Of a stretch of 64,000 bases of DNA, positions 52,301 through 61,300 are shown in pieces (positions within the stretch are counted from its first letter, which is position 1; every line of letters begins with the position of its first letter). The notes beneath the pieces are model-generated. The model did not search any database and had not been told where the DNA came from. It saw only the letters and a list, made by a program, of their open reading frames with translations. Source of the stretch: Tubiluchus corallicola (Eukaryota > Animalia > Priapulida). Location of the stretch: NCBI GenBank assembly GCA_030141605.1, contig JAQGDQ010000260.1, positions 62,001 through 126,000 on the forward strand, given 5' to 3'. The position numbers and the translations under genes were made by a program.

Positions 52301-55300
52301 TGAGGATTAGAAACCTATAAAAATTATCAAATTTAATTATAATTATTGCGCGTAGTGAGAGCAGTTTTTCACGAACATATGCAAAATGCAGCAAATGCTT
52401 ACAGTCCTGAAGGAGGTAAATATAGTAGCCAAGCGCGTTCCTCCGTTCTGCTGTTCTTCTTGCTGCCAACGAAATCTCGTTCTGCAGACTTATTTAGCAA
52501 GTCTATTTGTTTTAAAATTTTAATTAATGAGGAATGTATTCGTACTTATTCGTAGATTTATTCGTACTTATAATGTATTTATTTGTTATTAAAAGTAATG
52601 TGTGTTACATAGAACTTATTTATGGCAATATATTATTATATATTATCTCTCTGTTTATACAAAACAGATACTGCATATACAAGGATTATATTTTGTTCTT
52701 TATTTATACAGAACCTGGGGTACCAGAGGGAGTGGACCCGTCATTTCTTGCTGCTTTGCCGGAGAACATCCGACAGGAAGTCATAGCAGAGCAACTTCGC
52801 CTGGAACGGTTGCGTGTGCGTGCACAGGCGATGACCACAACTGCGTCCAATGTTCTCAGCGGTGGTACTGGTGGAGAGGGTTCCACTACTACAGATACGC
52901 CAGCTTCTCTTTCGGAAGTTAATCCGGAGTTTCTTGCAGCCCTTCCTCCTAACATCCAGGAAGAGGTGAGTGTGATGGATTTAGATAACATAAAATTAAC
53001 AAATTGGCATTAACATTAAGAAGAAAACTTAATTATTAACATCACATTATCATTATCATAATTTTTCACAAAAGACAAGTAAGGATTTATGATTTGAACT
53101 TTTGAACTGAAGTGATCTCTCTTTTTTTTTGACTTGGACAAAGCAGCACAGAAATCATTTTTGCATCATTTTTTGTTTAGAAAAATTGTTCAACTTTCTG
53201 ACAGGATTTTGAAGTTTTCTGACATTTTCCTTACTTTTTAGACAACAAGGCTTTGCTTCAGAACAGAAATAGATGCACATAACAATTAATTTCCTCTTCT
53301 TGCGCTGTTCCATGTGCAGGTTGACTGTGTATTGTGCTAGAGCATTTCTGCATCTGGGACGCCCAACTGTATTTTTGTTTTTAGTTGGGATCGAATCTTT
53401 TGCACACAATTTCAATACAGTTTAATTAACCAAACAATTTTATATTAAAAAATGCAATTTTTTGCTGATCCAGTTGTAAAACATGTTGAAAATATGTTGG
53501 TACTTGATTGGGTTTTACCTACCAAGTCTCGATGTACAAAGTATTTTTTCACCTTTAAAGACATTTGATTAGTTTATTTCGCATAGCAGAGTAATAAGCT
53601 TTTTCACAGTTCCAGCGATTGATAATGATCGTGAAGAGGTCAAAGGTGAAGTTCACGAGACAACGCATTTGTGTACACTTGACAATGCCTCACTGCCAAT
53701 GCTATACATACATGCTATTGTAATACTAACAGTTTTAGCAGCTAGCTAGAACCTTGCCTAGTTTATTTTTTCTTGTTCCCAAGCAAGATTCTGTAGTAAA
53801 TCACTCTACATACAGACTAATACCTAATTATGTAAAGACCACGCAAAGTAATTGACATTACTAAACTAAAGCGGCAGTCCATGTAAAACAACTGAAGTTA
53901 CTGAATTGTTGCAATAGACGGCTTTGCTTTACCCACATATCAAGTGACAGTTGTAGTTAAGACGTGTTGTTTAACTTTTGACCTATAGCAACTGCACGTG
54001 CGCACAATTAAACTGTGAAAATGCGTATAGATTTTGATCAATATCTTTAGAGTCATATTATTTATGTAGATGCATATTTATGTGTGACCACAAAGATTGT
54101 TTTTTCTGGATAGGTTCTTCAGCAGCAGAGGTTAGAGCAACAGCGCTTGCAAGCGCAGAGCAATCCAAATCCAGAAACACCAGTTGATGCAGCCAGCTTC
54201 ATTCAGACATTGCCCTCTTGTCTCCGTGCACAGGTTCTGGCCGATGTGGATGACTCGGTTCTCGCCGTTCTGCCGGCCGACATTGCTGCCGAAGCGCAGG
54301 GCCTTCGACGAGAGCTGGAAGTGCGGCACCGCGAGATACAGGAGCGTTTCTTTGGACATGGTGGGGGTGCGCTGTCTCACATACTAGGTTATGCAGGTGC
54401 AGGCTGTAATACATAATGTCAAGGGGTGACCTTTGCTTGACCTTGAATATTAGTATCAGCTGATTAAGTTGGTTATATCATTAATGATTAGTCAATTTTA
54501 TTTCGAAGTTTAGGAAATCAAGTTTTTTTTTGTGATCATATTTGCTAGAAACTTGTTAGGATGGTTAGTAGATTTGATAGTTTTCAATCCATATTAAAAT
54601 TGAAAATGCTTTTTTTTTAGTAGTTAGGGTGAAATCTGTCAGTTTCACAGGTAATTAGGTGCCTGTCAATAATAATATAGGAGCGCTGCTGTTTTTGAAG
54701 TGAAATTAAAATGTAGATGACATCACACTGCTGTGTACTGAACGTACGTAAAATGGACCAGCTCTAAGCTAGAACTATGCCTGTGTCAGGGAATATTGAC
54801 TTCATTTGTATGTTTAGTTGGAAGCTGATCAGGTACAAGCCGTTCTGTTTTTGCTGAATACACAGAGATAATTAATTTCAGTAATTAAAGGTAATTAGCT
54901 GCTTTTGGCCCTGTAGTTGCAATTACCTAAGACCCAATAGTCAGTTCATCAATACTCTACCCTCTTGATCTTTTATTGGAGTAGTAGCAGTTTGTTTTTT
55001 ATCAGATGCAAATATTTCTTAATGTAAAAGACGACAAATGCTCTAGTTTTGGATACTCATTAAAGCAAAACAGGACGATTTTTCACATCTTACCCTATTT
55101 TGAAGTATAGTAAAATGTATACATTTTAACACTTATTATTAATGCCAAAGTGCTTCTCATAATTAACTAATAGGTTAAAAACTTAATTAACGGTGGACGA
55201 GCCCAGCTGTGATGACATCACAAACGGAACACAATTTTCAACTGCAAAGTCATTCCATGAGCGTGTAGAACGTTTTTGCAAAAGTGAAAATTGAAGTCCA

Positions 55301-58300
55301 GTCCTGCTGTACAACATTCAATGTAATATTCAAAAACACGGCAAATTTTGAGATAAAAATTGAAATTTTAAATTTACCACTGTGCTCACGCACGAGCTGT
55401 CAAGCGTGTGTGTTATGTCACAAACGAACAGCTCTGAACTGAGAGGCACAGCACATATTTTTCTATTAGACAAATAGTATGTGTAATCTTTAATATTTTA
55501 AAAAGTAGATTGTTTTGACCTACAGTTTAGGATTGGGTCCGGTTTTCCTTTAAGTTTTGATGAGAACAGATTTGAGGTAATGATACAGTACTACTTTTCT
55601 CAAGGTACGCTGCACCTTTAAGATAAATTAGAGAATGGAATTTAGGTTATTCTATATTAGCTGCATCTATACGTTGCATAATTTAATGTGGCACTTTTGT
55701 TTTTATATTTGATAGGTCGTTTGGGTATGCGGTATGCAATACGCTCTTTGCCACAACGGAGTAGTCAGTGGCCTTGGGCGATGCAAGGGCGTCAAGTACC
55801 TAACAGCTCTGGAACAAACACCCTACGTCTCCGAGGTCGACAGCTTCTGGATAACGAGGCTTTAACCTGTCTCCTGGTGCTATTGTTTGTCGATGAACCA
55901 AAATTGAACACCGGTCGCCTGCATCGCGTGTTGCGTAATCTGTGTTATCATTTACCAACTAGAGAATGGATAATCCGGTCGTTGCTGTCAATCATCCAGC
56001 GGACCAGCGAATGCCAACGGATCGATCCAGACTCGGCTGCCGTTCGACCGAAGCGCAGCGGCAGCAAATCATCTTCTGACTTTAAGAGTGACTCTCGAGG
56101 CCATGTGTCGTGGTTGAGCATCAGTTTGGATGCTGCACTGGGTTGCCGTGCCAACGTCTTCCAGATAAATCGCCACGCTGGTGGTGGCAAGAAAATGGAG
56201 AAGGTACCCTCGTCAATGCCGATTGTGACGATCCATCCTCAAGCATCGCCGGTTGTGATTCGACATGCTATGGACACGCTAATATACCTGGCTAAGAGTT
56301 TTCCAAGTCATTTTGTGCCGGGTAAAGCGAAAGAGGTGAAATCTTGTGCCGACGCTTCTTCGCAAACGTTAGAAAAGGCTAAGAAATCACAAGAAGCTCA
56401 TACTGCCGGGACGCCTTTGAGGCAGAATAGCCGATCTGGCACTGATTTCTGGGACTTACTAGTGAAACTTGATAATATCAGCTGTAGTCGTAAAGGAAAG
56501 GCCACATTACAAAGGTGCTTTTTATTTATTTCATGATTATAGCAAGGTGTCTAAAAATTGGAAAGTTGATGTAACACACATAAATAACCTACATTTAGAT
56601 TCGACTTGTTGATAATGGCTGGAAAATTGATATCATCTAAATTGCTTTCAACGTAAATATTGTTTAATTTTTTCATTAAAATACTGCATAAAACCGATTG
56701 CTTGTACTGTGCAAAATATCGCCAAATACAAATTGGAAAGTCAGTGATGCCACCTATCGCGTTATTTAGCAAACACTAGTTCTACAGATTGTTGTAGTTG
56801 CTTACGATACAACTGCATTAACTTCAAATCGGTTATTCGATGTCAACCCTATTTTGCTTGTATTCTTCTAGCTGACTTTGGTTGGTGACTCCTCTGCACA
56901 TGGTGTTTCTGAGTGCTGTCGTTTTCTACTGCATTTTGTTAATATTTGATATGTTTAACTAGATAATGAATTAGCTTTGTCTTTGTATTAAAGGGATGTT
57001 AATGATAGAGATACGTATCGATACGGAAAATTAATTTTTATTGTTATCATATTGATACTGTTCTAGGAATATCGTCGTGGTTTTGAATTTCAAGCGTGTC
57101 GCTGTATATCGCTCACCATTATAAAGTCATTTCAATTTTCTTTTGTATTTATGCGCTAAAATTACGTGAAAAATTGAAAAAAGAGTGATTTATAAGGTTG
57201 TTTGAATAATCATCTTGCTCTTCCTTCCTGCAATAGCGGCTGGCTTCACTCGATTTACTGACCCATGAATGCCAAGCTCAGTTTTTTAAAGGCATTTTTC
57301 CTGTTAGATTTACGCATAAAATATTTCTCTGTCACAGCTCACACATTAATGTTATTTTATGAATGAATAAAGAGAACTTTGTTATAAATTACATTATCGA
57401 TATACATTAATCGGGAAGCAGCTTGCAAAAGTACAGCGTTGCAGTACACTGAGACTCCTTGCACAGTAACTAACCCAAATAATTTACGTATCGTATCGTC
57501 TGGAAAACAGATTATCGTATCACAAGTGTGTATCGTTTAACATCCCTAGTGTATTGACTGCTTTTTCTTCAGACTTTGTGTTCATTTAACATCTTGTTTT
57601 AGGTTGCACAGCTCAACAGGTGTAGATGGGGAAGGCTTGTCTTCGGAGTTACAATCATCTCCTCTCGGCCAGCTCATGTTGATGCTAGCGCACCCTGTCA
57701 TACGACGCAGTGCGCTTCTTACTGATAGATTGCTCCATCTATTGGCATTAGTGTCACTGGGAATTCCCGATACCTCAAGTACAGGTGGCAGCACCAGTCA
57801 AGCCATTGGCAATGTCCCCGCTGCCACTACTCCATCTGTGATTTCTAGGTTAGTAAAATTTTATTTCAGAAATGAGAAGATATATCAGCAGTTTAATGCA
57901 AAGGTGCAAATTTGTTACTATTACAGAATTAGCCAGTTAGCAGGGTTTGTTACACAATGAAGAATTAATCAGTTAAGTGTCTAGGTTTGTTATATAACAT
58001 AGATTTACCTATTTAAGTGTCTAGGTTCATTATATAACATAGATTTACCTATTTAAGTGACTAGGTTTGTTAATATAGAATGAACCAGTTAAAGGTCTAG
58101 GTTTGTCATACAAGCTAGAATTTCCCTGTTAAGTGACTAAGTTTGTTAATATAGAGTTAACCAGTTAAAAGGTCTAGGTGTTTTATGTAATATAAAATTA
58201 ATACAATAATCTATCTATATAAAATTAACCAGCTAAGTAAGTAAGTTTGTTACACAATACATAATTAATCAGTTAAGTGGCTAGGTATATGACATAGAAT

Positions 58301-61300
58301 AGAAATAATTAGTTTACACAATAACTAATCTGGAATTACATAATACTGAATTAAGCAGTCGACCGACTACATTTGTTGGCACAATATTAACCAGTGAAGT
58401 AACCAGGTTTGCTACACTATATGGAAGTAAGTAATTAAGCGACCAGCTGTTTAATTGTTTTCAAAAATTTTCTCTTGCAGTCAAGAAAATAACCGCAATG
58501 TTGACACCCACCAGGAACCCAGTCAACATGCTGAAATGGAGCCAGACGTTAGTGCGCCATCGGATAACACTTCATTCCAACCATTACAAGTAGATACATC
58601 CGTAGATGGCAGCATCCGTGGTACATTTTGCTCGTTGACGTGTAGTTCGTTCATAAAAGAAATAAAGAAACGTTTTTATTCCTGACTAATTTGTTTTTGG
58701 TGCCAAACTGGCAATATTTAGAAAACACAACTGGAATGTAAAATTGAACAATAGTTTGTCTGTATTGTTTTTATGCAACTATAACTGGAATACTTTTAAC
58801 TCCTTTGGAACAGTAAGAGTTTGCTGTATTTCTAGGCCGAGATTAACATTATATTTGATAATTTTTGTAGGATTCTACTCCTCACACAATGAATTTTCAT
58901 ACAAAATTATTTATGAAATGCATTTGCTTATCTTAGACAAATTAAAAATTGATTTTTGACGAATAAATTGAAAAAAAGCTTTCAGTAACCGCTGTGCTTG
59001 CACTGTAACAATATACAGTATCACTTCTGTGAAGTCATTATACAGTATTTATACTGCCATATTAAACACCTATCAAATGTATTTCGTTTGTCATTTATAG
59101 AACCTTATACTTCAACTCCCGGTCCAGACCAAGAGGCGCCTCCACAGCTGACATTCGCTGTACAGGCAGCAGCAGAACAAACATCCATTGTCCAAGTTTC
59201 GGAAGAGAGAAGCGATCGCTCGGCCGATGATGAATTTTTAGAACAGCAGTTGAGGCTTGCTGTAGAGGTACTGATTAATAACATGATTATAACTTGCACA
59301 GGTTGGTAAAGGTGCTAATATTGCTGCCGGAGTTTTACGTAGAGAAAGAAATGTTGACATAGCCTAATTATACATTTATTTGTCACCAAATTTTACACAA
59401 AGTTCTCTTCAAATAACAAAAAATTCAGTATCAGTTATATTGCATAGCAAGGACAAGGGAATAGTTTAGTGACATCATTAAACCTGGTTCGTAAATGGGT
59501 GAGTGACCACTAGACAAACTGCTCTTCAGTAGTGTAATCAACTGTACTACTATTTTTCTTGAGGAAAGGTGGATATACATCTGAGCATGATAAGACACCT
59601 CCCAGTTAAATATCTCATTTTAGGGGATTATCTTAGATATGCACTAGATTTCGGTCCTGCTGCAACCATTTAACGTTAGTTATAGCCCTACTGCCATGGA
59701 ATGCGTCCTACTGCATTTCAGTGTGTCAAACCTTATTAAAAACACTGTATATCACATAGTTAATATAGAGGATTGCATAAAATTATTACTCGGATCGTTA
59801 GATAAAATATTCTGTTTGAAACATTCATTTCTCTCTCTTTTCTTTGTTTCTCTGTTTTGCATTTTGATTGTAAAAATTGACAACAAAGAATTTTTAGTTC
59901 TTGACACAGCTCAAAAATGTTGCAGACATCTTTTCTATGATTAAAAGCTAGCATGTGTTTCACTTGTCCACTTACAATGTCAAAATGTAATAGCATGTCT
60001 GCGTTTCTTTGGAATACTTTGTCTTGTGTACATTGGTGAAAGCTATGTTTTGTTGTGTTGTGTTGTTTTGTGCTGTGCTGTGCTGTGCTGTGCTATGTAG
60101 TGCTGTGTTGTGCTGTGCTGTGCTGTGCTATGCTGTGTTATGTTATGTTATGTTATAATATGTTATGTTATAATACGTTATGTTACATTATAGTATGTTA
60201 TGTTATGTTGCCATATCATGTTATGTTATGTTATGTTATGTTATGTATGTTATGTTATGTTATGTTATGTTATGTTATGTTATGTTATGTTATGTTATGT
60301 TATGTTATGTTATGTTATGTTATGTTATGTTATGTTATGTTATGTTATGTTATGTTAAAAAAGCTATGCTATGTTATGTCATGTTTTGTTATGTTACAGT
60401 ATGTTATGTCGTATCAATAAACTTACTGCACAACTATGAGTCAAAATACATCTTGACAGCTTCACAAAAGGAAAATGTGTCTAACTTTTTGTCCCATCCT
60501 GTATCATGTTTGTATTTCAGGTGCTGACATCAAAATCTTGTTCTGATGAAGGTCTGGAAGATGCGACTAATTTGCTTGTGCAACTGTCTCGAGCTAGTGA
60601 TAAAACACGCGAGACTGTTTTAAGCTTTCTGCTCACAGGCGCCAGAGATATAGGTGGCACTGTATGTCAGCATATACGGTAATGTATTACACTGTTAAAT
60701 AACTAATGCAACATGCTAGAATTTGCCTCAGTTTTTGAGAATGCTACAAAACTCATCAATGCTTTGTTTTTGGCCGCATGTTTGTACGTACAGTATCAGT
60801 ATGTGTCTGAATATATGCCAAAAACAAACAACAAAATCTAACGTAAATTTTTGGCAGCAGACTTTCAGATGTATGCAAAGGTCAGAAAACAATTGCTTGA
60901 ATTTTAACATGAAGTGCTATTGCTGTTTTTGAAGGTCAACAAAAAGATGAAGCAAAACATAAGCAAGTTAAGTTATAATTTAGCAGAAATGTTTTTTAAC
61001 TGTAATTCCTCTGAGGTCACAATGTGGCCTATTGAATTTTGACCTAAAGCTATGCTGCTGTTCCTGAAGTCAAATAAAAGGTAAAGGTCACAGATAATAA
61101 CCCGCTTGGTATACATATGCCTGAAAAATAAATGGTACAAGTAAAAACGAGAAAAACATGTCTTTTGTTACTTGCTAGAACTGCTTTGTGTGTCAAACGG
61201 TTGACAGTCGGGCCACAGAGTAATTTAGTGACCTTTGACCGTAATGAAATAAAATTATGAAGCACTTTGTATTCTGCAGATTTTCTTTCTAGTTTCTTAT

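Noticed and set aside
59470-59710. 5S-like or SINE-like segment (CCTGGTTCGTAAATGGGTGAGTGACC)
   Set aside because: Too degenerate to call as 5S rRNA; at most an old SINE fragment with undefined boundaries.
60055-60527. ORFs with CYVML repeats
   Set aside because: Translation of the (TATGT)n microsatellite.
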